A stretch of 64,000 bases of DNA from Gammaproteobacteria bacterium. Lineage in GTDB: Bacteria; Pseudomonadota; Gammaproteobacteria; UBA4575. The stretch is taken from contig OZ244849.1 in NCBI GenBank assembly GCA_965220875.1, positions 777,791-841,790 of the forward strand, written 5' to 3'. Below, in pieces: positions 27,997-37,645 of the stretch. The notes below the pieces were generated by a model. That model was not told where the DNA came from, did not search any database, and saw only the letters and a list, made by a program, of their open reading frames with translations. Each line of letters opens with the position of its first letter. The first letter of the stretch is position 1. The position numbers and the translations under genes are program-made.

Positions 27997-28485
27997 TCAG
28001 CTTGTCTTTCCCGAGCCGCGCAGGACTGCAATCCGTTTTTTCATTTTTCCCTGCTGAAGGTTTTCTGCCGTCTCTTTCGTGAGGGAGTGCACCTCGATCG
28101 TATCGGTACCGGTGTTCAGGGTGTAGGTTCCCGGCGTCAGGGTGATGCAGTTCGCATAGGTCGTCTTGGCCACGTCACTGAGGTTTTTGGTGGAAATGGT
28201 GCTCAGGTTGGGAGAGATCGGCAGTTTCGGATGCAAGATCCTCCAGCTGACATCCAGGTTGGAGCGAAAAACCTCCAGAAAAAACCATGGCAGGAACCTT
28301 GGCAGGTCAAGGCTGAACCTGAGCGTGTTAAAAGCCGGGTCGGGCAATGCAAGCCTGTGGACCAGCCACGCAGTGAACAGGCAGCTGCCCAGCCCCAGAC
28401 CCAGCAACAGGATATCCATGTGTCCGGACAGCAGGACCCAGAGGATCAGCAGGAGGGATGCCGCAGTCAGAACACGTATCAGCAT
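27997..28485 (-). CDS. mrpE: Mrp antiporter subunit E
   Basis: 162 aa. N-terminal 2 TM (LLLILWVLLSGHMD) plus a cytoplasmic domain, MnhE-like. It starts 66 bp after the hemY stop. Confidence 0.75.
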   Translation of the reverse strand: MLIRVLTAASLLLILWVLLSGHMDILLLGLGLGSCLFTAWLVHRLALPDPAFNTLRFSLDLPRFLPWFFLEVFRSNLDVSWRILHPKLPISPNLSTISTKNLSDVAKTTYANCITLTPGTYTLNTGTDTIEVHSLTKETAENLQQGKMKKRIAVLRGSGKTS

Positions 28486-28551
28486 GGCTTGCAGACAGGC
28501 AATCGGTAGTACACGTGCAGAATACGTGTCTCGATGGATCTGTTCAAGCGA

Positions 28552-29751
28552 TCATGCCTGCGTGGCACGGGTTGCCAGCAGGAGGCCCTTTTTCGAACAG
28601 TGTTGTGCCGCCTCGCTTTCGTCGAGGTGTTCATGCAGTTCGGCCAACTCGGCATAGGTCTCTGCGAAAGGTTTTCGAATCAGGCTCTGCTCAAGATAAC
28701 TTTTGGCCTTGCCCCACAGCTGAGCCTGCTTGCACAGGCGCCCCAGGGTCAGGTGAAGGATTGGATCCTCGTCATGCTGTCCCGTCCACTGCTCGGCCTG
28801 GTGCAGTGCGCGGTTAACGTCCGCATGCTTCATCAGGCCGTATAGGCGGACCAGTCCAGCATTCCAGTGGCGGCCAAGGACCTCAAGACTCAGCGCGGCT
28901 GCCGGGCCCGGCCTGTCCTGGTCAAGAAGGGTCTCGACGTAGGCTACGGCCAGATCGTTATCATTCATGATGACTTCCTTGTAGCGGGCCCCAAGCTTTT
29001 CCGCATCTTCGGCGGTATTCCCGCTTCGGACCGCAGCAAGCAAGCCGTGCACGGTCTTGTTCTGCAATGTTTCCAGTTCCGTGCGGTCGAAACACGGGTT
29101 CTTTTTGAGATCCGGCAGGATGCGCGCGAGTTGCTGCCAGTCCTGCAGTTGATCATAGGCCCCGGCCAACAGTCCCGCTACTTTTGAATTGCTGCGAAGC
29201 TCCCCGCAGTGTGGTTCGATGCAGGATAACGCCTGTTCTGGCTGGCCCTGCTGAAGCAGGATTTCCGCATGCAGAATGTCCAGTGCAGCCCTCTGCTTCG
29301 CAGGCATGCACTTTTCAGCCTGTTCAAGGTAATGGCTGAGCGATTCGTCATTTCCGGACAGTTTTGCAGCCTGCGCAGCCAGCAGGTAGTGGATGAACGG
29401 GTGGCTTGCATGTTCCGCTGCACGCGCCAGCAGTTTTTCAGAGCGGGTCCAGTCCCCGCTTACAAAACGCGTCAGGCCCTTTCGGGTGTCCTGCTCCGAC
29501 GCACGCTGCCTGTGGCGAACGCGTGCTGCATGGATGCGCCTGGGCATGTGGATTATCAGGTTCAAAAGGCGCAGCAGGAGGTAAAGCAGCGCAAACACGA
29601 TAAATATTCCGATTACAAATCCGACCAGGGGCAACTCGATGGTGGTATCGCCGTAAGTCAAGATGGCCTGACCAGGCGCCTGCAGGACAAACAGGACGAT
29701 TCCTGCAAAGATGATCAGGAGAATTATGAAAATCAGCAGCGCACGCAGCAT
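28552..29751 (-). CDS. hemY: Protohaem IX biogenesis protein HemY (TPR membrane protein)
   Basis: 399 aa with two N-terminal TM segments and TPR repeats, at the canonical position after hemX. Confidence 0.88.
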   Translation of the reverse strand: MLRALLIFIILLIIFAGIVLFVLQAPGQAILTYGDTTIELPLVGFVIGIFIVFALLYLLLRLLNLIIHMPRRIHAARVRHRQRASEQDTRKGLTRFVSGDWTRSEKLLARAAEHASHPFIHYLLAAQAAKLSGNDESLSHYLEQAEKCMPAKQRAALDILHAEILLQQGQPEQALSCIEPHCGELRSNSKVAGLLAGAYDQLQDWQQLARILPDLKKNPCFDRTELETLQNKTVHGLLAAVRSGNTAEDAEKLGARYKEVIMNDNDLAVAYVETLLDQDRPGPAAALSLEVLGRHWNAGLVRLYGLMKHADVNRALHQAEQWTGQHDEDPILHLTLGRLCKQAQLWGKAKSYLEQSLIRKPFAETYAELAELHEHLDESEAAQHCSKKGLLLATRATQA

Positions 29752-30834
29752 CTAGCGGTTCTCTATCGTTTCCAGAAATTCGGTAAGCAGGAGGGCAGGC
29801 TCGCTGATGTCCGGTAGTTCAGGTTCGAGGTCGATGCCGTTAAGCTCATCGAGTTCATCAACCAGAACGCTTGTGTTCTTCAGGGCGTCCGTGCTCCGGA
29901 GCCATGCCAGGGCCGCATCAAGTTCCAGATGGTAGCTTTCGTTGTCACGGCTTGCCAGGGCGTACTTGGCTCCCAGCAGCCGGGCACGCAGGAATTCGTA
30001 GGCATGCTGCCTTTCCTGGCGGCTGATAAATACCTTGGAATCGCTGTCTTTCCGGGTGACCGTGACAGAACGGTTTACGGTGTCTTTGACATATTCGATC
30101 AGCCTTTTCCATGCAGGCAGTTCAGGATGACCAGGCTCCAGACCCTGGGATGCATCCGGGGCTGTTGGGACGACCGGTTCGGCAATGTCCGGCCTGACGC
30201 CCGCCAGGAGGTTGTTGAACTGCAGGCTGATGCCTGCCCAGTCCGGGTTCGGAACTTTTTTCAGCTTGCCGATCTGCCTGGAGATCGATTCGCGTACCAT
30301 GAGCAGGCGTGGATCATTGAGTTCATGCAGGCGCGAACTGGCTGTGTCCAGGGCAGTGATTGCTCCCGCGATATCCCGTTCGATGCGAAGACGGTGGTTG
30401 GCCATGTGCAGGACGTGCAAGGCTTCCTTCAGTCCCCAGCCCAGCTGGCTGCGGTTCACACGGGTCAAGGTTTCCTCGATGAATTCCCGGAGCCCTTCCT
30501 GCCGGTTTGCAAGCTGCTCTACTTGTCCGGACAGCTCGTTCAGCTTGTTGTCGAGCTGGTCGGCCTGTTCCTGCGTGTCCTGCTTGAAGTTCTGGAATTT
30601 TGCGCTTTCGTCGACGGTGGCAATATCATGTGCGATGGACTGGCGCGCGACAGCTGCCTGGTCAAGACGCGTGTTCAGGTCCACCCACCCGTAATAGCCC
30701 GCACCGCTTGCAGCCAGCAGCAAGACGATTACCAAAACGAAGAGCAGCGGGCCGGCGTGCACTTTCCGGGAACGTCTGGCTTTCTGGCTGTCTGCTCCAG
30801 GCTTGGGAGTCAGGGGGTCTTGTGTACTTTCCAT
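29752..30834 (-). CDS. hemX: HemX (uroporphyrinogen-III C-methyltransferase homologue, membrane protein)
   Basis: 360 aa with an N-terminal TM segment and a coiled-coil, at the hemX position of hemCDXY. Confidence 0.85.
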   Translation of the reverse strand: MESTQDPLTPKPGADSQKARRSRKVHAGPLLFVLVIVLLLAASGAGYYGWVDLNTRLDQAAVARQSIAHDIATVDESAKFQNFKQDTQEQADQLDNKLNELSGQVEQLANRQEGLREFIEETLTRVNRSQLGWGLKEALHVLHMANHRLRIERDIAGAITALDTASSRLHELNDPRLLMVRESISRQIGKLKKVPNPDWAGISLQFNNLLAGVRPDIAEPVVPTAPDASQGLEPGHPELPAWKRLIEYVKDTVNRSVTVTRKDSDSKVFISRQERQHAYEFLRARLLGAKYALASRDNESYHLELDAALAWLRSTDALKNTSVLVDELDELNGIDLEPELPDISEPALLLTEFLETIENR

Positions 30835-30837
30835 GGT

Positions 30838-31623
30838 CTAGGTTTCACGGGTCCACGTCAGCAGGGCATCCAGCATGGCTGCATCACTGGCATTCGCAGC
30901 TATTATAGGGGTTTTTGAGAAGCCTATGGCAGTGGCAGTACGGGCAATACGCGGACTGCCGGCAATCAGCACCGCCTTTGCAAGCCAGGCATGCTCTTCT
31001 TTCGTGCACAGGGTCCACAGGTTTCGCATGGATTCACCACTGTAGGCCAGCACTGCCGAATCGTTTTCTGGATGGGAGCACAGGCTGTGTGCCGGGCGCG
31101 TTGCTGGGCAAAGCCGCTGGTACACTTCTGCAATGTCAACACGGCTGCCGCGGGCCCGAAGTTCGTGCGCCAGATGGCCGCGCCCGCCCACGCCCCGGAT
31201 GATCAGGATGTCCTGTCCCCGCAGGTCCTCGTGTGCCAGCAGGTCTTCGCTGCTGAACCCGGCCTCGGGCACGACGTCAGCCTGCATGCCGAGATTTTCC
31301 AGCGCATCTCGCGTAGCAGGGCCTATCGCGGCAATGCACTGCGTACTGAATGACCTGCCCTGTGTCTGCAGGAGCTGCATTGCATGACGAACGGCATTTG
31401 CGCTGCTGAATATGACCGTGTCGTAATCGTCCAGGTTCTGCAGTAACCTTGTTGCGGGACCCGGGTCTTCGGGTGCCCGGATGATGAGGGAGGGGAACCG
31501 GATTACCGTCGCACGGTGATGTTCCAGGGATGCCTGTATGCCCCCGGCCTGTTCGGCCGGGCGCGTGACCAGTACCGTCTTGCCGACCAGAAGCCCGGGT
31601 TTGCGTGACCCTGTCACTGCCAT
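30838..31623 (-). CDS. hemD: Uroporphyrinogen-III synthase
   Basis: Internal ATG (MAVTGSRKPGLLVGKTVLVTRP...) gives about 261 aa, typical of HemD, with no overlap of hemC. The longer ORF 30838..31767 would overlap hemC by 112 bp. Confidence 0.8.
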   Translation of the reverse strand: MAVTGSRKPGLLVGKTVLVTRPAEQAGGIQASLEHHRATVIRFPSLIIRAPEDPGPATRLLQNLDDYDTVIFSSANAVRHAMQLLQTQGRSFSTQCIAAIGPATRDALENLGMQADVVPEAGFSSEDLLAHEDLRGQDILIIRGVGGRGHLAHELRARGSRVDIAEVYQRLCPATRPAHSLCSHPENDSAVLAYSGESMRNLWTLCTKEEHAWLAKAVLIAGSPRIARTATAIGFSKTPIIAANASDAAMLDALLTWTRET

Positions 31624-31655
31624 GTACCTGTCTGGATTCCGTGTGTGTACACCGC

Positions 31656-32570
31656 TCAGGGCAATGCCGCCAGGATACGGTCGGCGCCTTGCGCCAGGAG
31701 GTCCTGTGCGACGGACTGGCCCAGTTGCACCGGATCCCGTTTGCTGCCGGCGTCGCGGCTGCGGCAAATCCTGCTTCCATCGGGATGCCCCACCAGGGCG
31801 CGTAACTCGAGTCGTTCATGGCTGGCTTCGGCCAAGCCCGCAATCGGCAACTGGCATCCCCCTTCCAGCGCCTGGCTCACTGCACGTTCAGCCAGGATGC
31901 ACGCCTGGGTATCGCCATGATTCAGGGGCCGGATCAGGGATTCGGTACGCGAATCGTCTTGTCTGCACTCAATGCCAATTGCTCCCTGCCCGATGGCCGG
32001 GAGGACTACATCGGCAGACAGGCAGGCCCGGATACGCTGCGAAAGGTCCAGACGCTTCAGCCCGGCAACGGCAAGTATGATTGCATCATACTCTCCCTGG
32101 TCAAGCCGGGTCAGGCGCGTGCCGACATTCCCGCGCAGCAGCCGGATTTCAAGGCCTGGTAATGCGGCCTTGAGCTGACAGGTACGGCGCTGGCTGGAGG
32201 TTCCCACTATGGCATGTTCCGGCAATGCATCCAGCGTGCCGTAGTGGTTGGAGACCAGTGCATCACACGGGTTTTCCCGCCTGAGCACGACTGGCATATG
32301 AAGCCCGGACGGCAGTTCGACGGGAACATCTTTTATGGAGTGCACGGCGATGTCCGCCCGGTTTTCCAGCAGGGCATGTTCCAGTTCCTTCACGAACAGG
32401 CCCTTTCCGCCCTGGGCGGCCAGTGACTTCTGCAACAGGCGGTCCCCTGTGGTGGTCAACCTGACCAGTTCCGTCGACATACCGGGGTGGGCCTTGCACA
32501 GTTGTCGTGAAACTTCCCGTGCCTGCCACAGGGCCAACTCGCTGTTACGGGTAGCGATTCTTATATGCAC
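31656..32570 (-). CDS. hemC: Hydroxymethylbilane synthase (porphobilinogen deaminase)
   Basis: GTG start. (M)[16 protein letters not shown]... aligns along its whole length with HemC and includes the GTSSQRR and GNVGTRL motifs. Confidence 0.92.
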   Translation of the reverse strand: MHIRIATRNSELALWQAREVSRQLCKAHPGMSTELVRLTTTGDRLLQKSLAAQGGKGLFVKELEHALLENRADIAVHSIKDVPVELPSGLHMPVVLRRENPCDALVSNHYGTLDALPEHAIVGTSSQRRTCQLKAALPGLEIRLLRGNVGTRLTRLDQGEYDAIILAVAGLKRLDLSQRIRACLSADVVLPAIGQGAIGIECRQDDSRTESLIRPLNHGDTQACILAERAVSQALEGGCQLPIAGLAEASHERLELRALVGHPDGSRICRSRDAGSKRDPVQLGQSVAQDLLAQGADRILAALP

Positions 32571-32719
32571 GGGGTACTGCTCATGCCCCCATCATGGGTG
32601 CCGCACACCAGGAATGGCATACTGTGGCGCGATCCTGGCCGGTTTGGAGGTGCAACGTTCACAGCCTGCAGCCGCCTAGGTGGCCACGAGCAGTTCAGGC
32701 CTGCAAAGGGCCGGAGGTC

Positions 32720-33823
32720 CTAGGCCACACATGCCGTTCCCTCCCCTCCACCCGGCAGGGTGTCAATAATCTGGCGCCACAGTTCCTGCTCGGGAATGCC
32801 AGGTTTGCGCTTGCCGAAAAACTGGGCAATCAGTTCACCGTCCTCGTCGAAGATCTCCAGGGCCGTAACCGTGCCGTCTTCAGTCGGTTTTCTCGTCACC
32901 CAGGAGCGGGCTATCCTGTCTTCGCGCAAATGCAGGCTGAATTTCGGGTCAAGGATGTTGTACCAGTTCCCGTGCACGACCAGTCGACTTACCAGTCCCG
33001 TATGGATCTGGATACAGCCCCGGTTGCCTACGAACACCATGATCTCGCATTGTTTGTCACGTGCCTGTTCCAGTGTGCGGCGAACCGAGTTGTTCGGAAC
33101 CTGGCTGGCAAATTCCTGCCCTACACCTTCGAGAGCCTGCTCACGACGGACTCCGAACCTGCGAAGCATCGGCTTGAAATCGTGCGTGTCTTTCAGGTTT
33201 TTCCAGGCCGCGCGAAACCCTTCCCAGTCAACCCTGCTTCGTGCTGTGCCAGGTGCATCCGGCGCATGGGTTTCAGTTTCAATAGACGTGTCCTGCCTGG
33301 CATGCCGATGGTTTTTGACCAGAGCATCGAGCGCAGACCCATCGGAGTTTGAAGTCAGGTAGATCTTGTGAACCGCCTCACCGGATTTATCGAAGAACTG
33401 GAGGCTTTTCCGCAGTTTGCCACGACCCGGCTCGACGGCGTGAAAACAGAATTTCCAGTGTTCCATGAACAGGCGCAGATCAATGTCCGGGTTCAGGAAC
33501 AGTCCCATCGACTTCCTGCCGTGGCTGAAGAAATGGCAGTTGTCGTACAGGCCTTTGCGTTCGTGCACACAGGATTCATTGCGGGTGAGCGCCATGACTT
33601 CACCCAGTGACAGAACGTCCTTGAGGACGGCCTGTGCATTGTCGTCCAGCCGCGTCACGTTCGATCCTACGTGTGCGGCCAGCAGGCTGCCTTCGGGGAC
33701 ACCCAGTTGCCGCGCGGCATCCCGGGCCCGGATACCCTGCCTTTCCTGTTTCAATAGCTGATACCGTGCCTTCAGTTCCCTTGAGGCATCGTCGCCCAAT
33801 TCACTGGTGGATTGATTCATCAT
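32720..33823 (-). CDS. chuS: ChuS/HemS/PhuS-family haem-degrading / haem utilisation protein
   Basis: 367 aa, a two-repeat protein. The stretch ...EIMVFVGNRGCIQIHTG...AWVTRKPTEDGTVTALEIFDEDGELIAQFFGKR... closely matches the ChuS C-terminal half (EIMVFVGNRGCVQIFTG...AWVTRKPTSDGYVTSLELF). Confidence 0.8.
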   Translation of the reverse strand: MMNQSTSELGDDASRELKARYQLLKQERQGIRARDAARQLGVPEGSLLAAHVGSNVTRLDDNAQAVLKDVLSLGEVMALTRNESCVHERKGLYDNCHFFSHGRKSMGLFLNPDIDLRLFMEHWKFCFHAVEPGRGKLRKSLQFFDKSGEAVHKIYLTSNSDGSALDALVKNHRHARQDTSIETETHAPDAPGTARSRVDWEGFRAAWKNLKDTHDFKPMLRRFGVRREQALEGVGQEFASQVPNNSVRRTLEQARDKQCEIMVFVGNRGCIQIHTGLVSRLVVHGNWYNILDPKFSLHLREDRIARSWVTRKPTEDGTVTALEIFDEDGELIAQFFGKRKPGIPEQELWRQIIDTLPGGGEGTACVA

Positions 33824-34067
33824 GCTCCTTTCGGTTTTCAGTAGCGACCCACGCCACGTAAGCCCACGCCTGCAACTGGCGGTCCGGATTTCCGGCTTAC
33901 GGTCTCGGCAGCGGGCTGACCGGCCGAATCACCCGGAAAATCCTTTCCTATTCAGTTTACCCGGAAACCTGTCCGGCATCCCAATATTCCCGTTTCCTCG
34001 AATAAATCGTTGAGCTTTGGCTTGTTTGGGGGATAATTCAGATTTTCAGTCACGGACAGCACACAGC

Positions 34068-35468
34068 ATGAAAGAAAAGGGTACAAAACCTTGGGCAGGC
34101 CGGTTCTCGGAAACAACCGATGCATTGGTCGAACAATTCAGTGCCTCGGTAGGATTTGATAAACGGCTGTACAAGCAGGACATCCAGGGTTCCCGGGTGC
34201 ATGCCCGCATGCTTGCCCGGATCGGCATTCTTGATGACCGGGAATGCGAACAACTGCTGCAGGCACTGGATACGGTTGCAGCAGAAATCGAAGCCGGTTC
34301 GTTCCCCTGGGACAGTTCTTTGGAAGACGTTCACATGAACATCGAGTCAAGGCTGGTGGAACTTGCGGGAGATGTTGGCAAGCGGCTCCATACCGGCCGT
34401 TCAAGAAACGACCAGGTTGCCACCGATTTGCGGCTCTACCTGCGTGAAGCCATCGATCGCATTGACCCGCTGCTGGAAACCCTGCAGCGTGCCATGGTTG
34501 ACCTGGCGGAACAGGAGTCAGGTACGGTCATGCCGGGGTTCACCCATTTGCAGGTAGCCCAGGCCGTCACGTTTGGACATCACATGCTGGCATGGTTTGA
34601 GATGATTTTTCGCGACCGTGAACGCCTGGCCCGGTGCAGGAAGGGTGTCAACCTGTCCCCGTTGGGTGCGGCGGCCCTTGCAGGCAGCAGCTTTGCCCTG
34701 GACCGTGAATTCGTTGCCAGGGAACTGCAGTTTGAAGCGCCTTGTGACAATAGTCTGGATGCTGTGAGTGACCGGGATTTTGCGATTGAGTTCTGTGCCT
34801 TCGCTGCGATTCTGTTCACACACCTGTCGCGAATTGCGGAAGAGCTTGTGTTGTGGGCTTCTGCACAATTCGGCTTTATCGAGCTGCCGGACCGGTTTTG
34901 CACGGGCTCTTCCATGATGCCGCAGAAAAAAAATCCCGATGTGCCGGAACTGGTACGCGGCAAAAGCGGCCGGGTGTTTGCCAGCCTGTTTGCCTTGCTG
35001 ACGCTCATGAAAGGTCAGCCGCTGGCCTATAACAAGGATAATCAGGAAGACAAGGAAGCCTTGTTCGATACGGTAGACACCGTGATCGATTGTGTCACGG
35101 TCCTTGCGAGCCTGCTTCCGCATGTCCGTGTAAACCGTGAGCAGATGCTTGCTGCGGCACAGCAGGGTCATGCCACCGCCACGGACCTTGCGGATTATCT
35201 TGTACAGAAGAAACTGCCGTTCCGGGCCGCGCACGAAACGGTCGGCAGGATCGTTCGGCATGCAATTACCGGGAACAGGCGGCTGGAGCAGCTGGATTTG
35301 CAGGAACTGCAAGCATTCAGCCCCCTGGTAGAACCGGATGTTTTCGATGTGCTTTCCCCGGAGGGTTCGGTGCGCTCCAAGAATACCTATGGCGGGACCG
35401 CACCGGCACAGGTAGCCATGCAGGTCGAGCAGGCACGCCTGCGCCTGAAAGCCTTCAAGGCCGACTGA
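34068..35468 (+). CDS. argH: Argininosuccinate lyase
   Basis: Starts [15 protein letters not shown].... Fumarate-lyase signature [12 protein letters not shown]. 466 aa. Confidence 0.92.
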   Translation: MKEKGTKPWAGRFSETTDALVEQFSASVGFDKRLYKQDIQGSRVHARMLARIGILDDRECEQLLQALDTVAAEIEAGSFPWDSSLEDVHMNIESRLVELAGDVGKRLHTGRSRNDQVATDLRLYLREAIDRIDPLLETLQRAMVDLAEQESGTVMPGFTHLQVAQAVTFGHHMLAWFEMIFRDRERLARCRKGVNLSPLGAAALAGSSFALDREFVARELQFEAPCDNSLDAVSDRDFAIEFCAFAAILFTHLSRIAEELVLWASAQFGFIELPDRFCTGSSMMPQKKNPDVPELVRGKSGRVFASLFALLTLMKGQPLAYNKDNQEDKEALFDTVDTVIDCVTVLASLLPHVRVNREQMLAAAQQGHATATDLADYLVQKKLPFRAAHETVGRIVRHAITGNRRLEQLDLQELQAFSPLVEPDVFDVLSPEGSVRSKNTYGGTAPAQVAMQVEQARLRLKAFKAD

Positions 35469-35477
35469 GGAAGCGGA

Positions 35478-36140
35478 CTACTGCCAGCATTGCAACAGCC
35501 AGTACCGGATGTCTTCGATTTCTTCCGGAACCACCGTGTGCTCGCAAGCGTACGTCCGCAGGGACACTGTAAAGCCCTCCTGTTCGAGGAGGTTACGCAT
35601 GTTCCCGGCGACATCGACCGGGATAATCTCGTCGCGGTCGCCATGCGCCAGCAGGATCGGCATCGCCCGGTCGGCGTTCGCAGCATAAACCGGCAGTTCA
35701 CGCCACAGCGGCAGGTAGCAGGACATGGCAAGGATACCTGCCAGCCGGTGCCCGCAGGACAGCCCCGTGTACAGTCCGAGTGCCCCGCCCTGTGAAAATC
35801 CGGCCAGCACGACTCGACTTGGCGGAATGCCGGACTCCTCGAGTTGCCCGATCAGCAAGCTGATGGCGGACTTGCTGTGTTTCAGCCCTTCGGCATCCTC
35901 CGGGCTGTCCTTGTCCAGGCCGTGCAGGTCGTACCAGGCCGGCATCCGTGTTCCGCTGTTGAGTGTGACGGCCTGGACCGGTGCATGCGGAAAGATAAAT
36001 CGGGCGTGCATGTCGGAGGGAAGGGCCAGCTGGCCCGCGACGGGCTCAAAGTCGTGTCCGCTGGCTCCGAGACCATGCAGCCAGATCACGGCACGGTCGG
36101 GGTCTGCCCCGGTGTCGACGGTAATGGACTTGAGGTTCAC
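35478..36140 (-). CDS. Alpha/beta-hydrolase carboxylesterase / phospholipase (carboxylesterase-2 family)
   Basis: 220 aa with HGLGASGHDF and GFSQGGAL (GxSxG nucleophile elbow), plus Asp/His later in the sequence. Confidence 0.8.
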   Translation of the reverse strand: MNLKSITVDTGADPDRAVIWLHGLGASGHDFEPVAGQLALPSDMHARFIFPHAPVQAVTLNSGTRMPAWYDLHGLDKDSPEDAEGLKHSKSAISLLIGQLEESGIPPSRVVLAGFSQGGALGLYTGLSCGHRLAGILAMSCYLPLWRELPVYAANADRAMPILLAHGDRDEIIPVDVAGNMRNLLEQEGFTVSLRTYACEHTVVPEEIEDIRYWLLQCWQ

Positions 36141-36207
36141 GAGATGGTTTCCAGCACGTATAAGGGCCTATACAATGATGCCTGATTTACTATGAAAGGG
36201 TATGTCC

Positions 36208-36345
36208 ATGTTCCACCCCAGATTATGTGCCTTGAGCCTGGTTTTTTTTCTTGCAGTCATTCTTGCAGCATGCGGTCAGACCGGCGACCTGTATTTGCCC
36301 GAAGATGATCCTAAAGAAAAAGTAAAAAATCAATCCCGAAACTGA
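36208..36345 (+). CDS. lptM: LptM/YifL-like small lipoprotein upstream of lysA
   Basis: 45 aa, so it falls below the ORF-track cutoff. It reads MFHPRLCALSLVFFLAVILAAC|GQTGDLYLPEDDPK.... The lipobox is followed by GQ.G.LYLP, the hallmark of LptM/LppL family peptides that sit before lysA or dapF. Confidence 0.6.
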   Translation: MFHPRLCALSLVFFLAVILAACGQTGDLYLPEDDPKEKVKNQSRN

Positions 36346-36397
36346 GCAGCGCACTCACCTGGATACATACCGCATCCGTTCCACACAGGCCCCCTCC

Positions 36398-37645
36398 ATG
36401 AACCCCTTCGAGTACCGAGACAACCAGCTCTATGCCGAGCAAGTGAGCTGTGCCGAGATTGCGAACGCCTACGGAACACCCAGCTACGTATATTCGAAGG
36501 CAGCCATCGAGGACAGGTACCGGGCTTTTGAGGATGCCCTGCAGAACTGGCAAGCGAGGATCTGTTATTCAGTCAAGGCGAATTCCAGCCTGGCTGTACT
36601 GAGCCTTTTGGCACGCCTCGGTGCCGGGTTTGACATCGTGTCCGGTGGTGAACTTGAACGGGTCTTGCGCGCGGGTGGCGATGCGCGAAAGGTCGTTTTT
36701 TCGGGTGTGGCCAAGCGGGCAGATGAAATTCGCCGTGCACTGCTTGCGGGAATTTACTGTTTCAATATCGAATCCCTTCCGGAACTCGACCGCATCGAGC
36801 ACATCGCCGGGGAAATGGACATCCCGGCAAATGTCTCCTTGCGTGTCAATCCGGATGTTGATGCGGATACCCATCCGTATATATCCACCGGACAGAAGGA
36901 GAACAAGTTCGGCGTAAGCATTGACCAGGCCCGGGAACTGTACCAGCGGATTGCGGACAGCCGTTCCCTGCGCGTCACGGGAGTGGACTGCCACATCGGT
37001 TCCCAGTTGCTCGACCTGGCACCTTTCCGGTCCTGTTTTGAGAAGGTCTTCGAGCTGGTGGACTGGCTCGAGGACCGGGGTATCCCGTTGTGCCATGTCG
37101 ATCTTGGCGGCGGACTCGGCATTCCGTACACGCGTGCGGACCAGGCTCCTGCACCGGTTCAGTACGCCCGCGCCATCGAGCCGTTCATGCAGGGCAGGCA
37201 ACTCGAACTGGTGGTCGAGCCGGGGCGGTCGATCGTGGGTCAAGCGGGATTGCTTTTATGCAGGGTCGAATACCTGAAAAGCACAGATGAAGGAAATTTT
37301 GCACTGGTCGACGCGGGCATGAACGATTTCATGCGCCCGTCCCTGTATTCCGCATGGCATGAAATCAGTGCCGTGCACCGGGAAAACGGTGAACAGGTTC
37401 TCTACGATGTGGCCGGACCGGTTTGCGAGAGTGCAGACGTGCTGGGCCGCCAGCGAAGCCTGTGTATCCGCCCGGGCAGCCTGCTTGCCGTTCACGATGC
37501 AGGTGCCTACGGGTTTGCCATGGCCAGCAACTACAATTCGCGCATGCGCCCGGCAGAAGTGCTGGTTGACGGGGACCAGGCAAGGTTGATTCGAAAGCGA
37601 GAGAGCATCGGTCAGCTGTTTGCCGATGAAATCATACCGGACTGA
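36398..37645 (+). CDS. lysA: Diaminopimelate decarboxylase
   Basis: 415 aa PLP-dependent fold III decarboxylase (..YSVKANSSLAVL.., ..GGGLGIPY.., ..CESADVLG..). Confidence 0.92.
   Translation: MNPFEYRDNQLYAEQVSCAEIANAYGTPSYVYSKAAIEDRYRAFEDALQNWQARICYSVKANSSLAVLSLLARLGAGFDIVSGGELERVLRAGGDARKVVFSGVAKRADEIRRALLAGIYCFNIESLPELDRIEHIAGEMDIPANVSLRVNPDVDADTHPYISTGQKENKFGVSIDQARELYQRIADSRSLRVTGVDCHIGSQLLDLAPFRSCFEKVFELVDWLEDRGIPLCHVDLGGGLGIPYTRADQAPAPVQYARAIEPFMQGRQLELVVEPGRSIVGQAGLLLCRVEYLKSTDEGNFALVDAGMNDFMRPSLYSAWHEISAVHRENGEQVLYDVAGPVCESADVLGRQRSLCIRPGSLLAVHDAGAYGFAMASNYNSRMRPAEVLVDGDQARLIRKRESIGQLFADEIIPD

Noticed and set aside
30838-31767. The long form of hemD (309 aa) with an Arg/Pro/Gly-rich N-terminus
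   Set aside because: It would overlap hemC by 112 bp. The N-terminal 48 residues are low-complexity out-of-context sequence. The internal ATG gives a standard 261-aa HemD.
33824-34067. A Fur box in the chuS / argH divergent region (GGATAATTCAGATTTTCAG)
   Set aside because: It matches only about 10 of 19 consensus positions, which is too weak to call.
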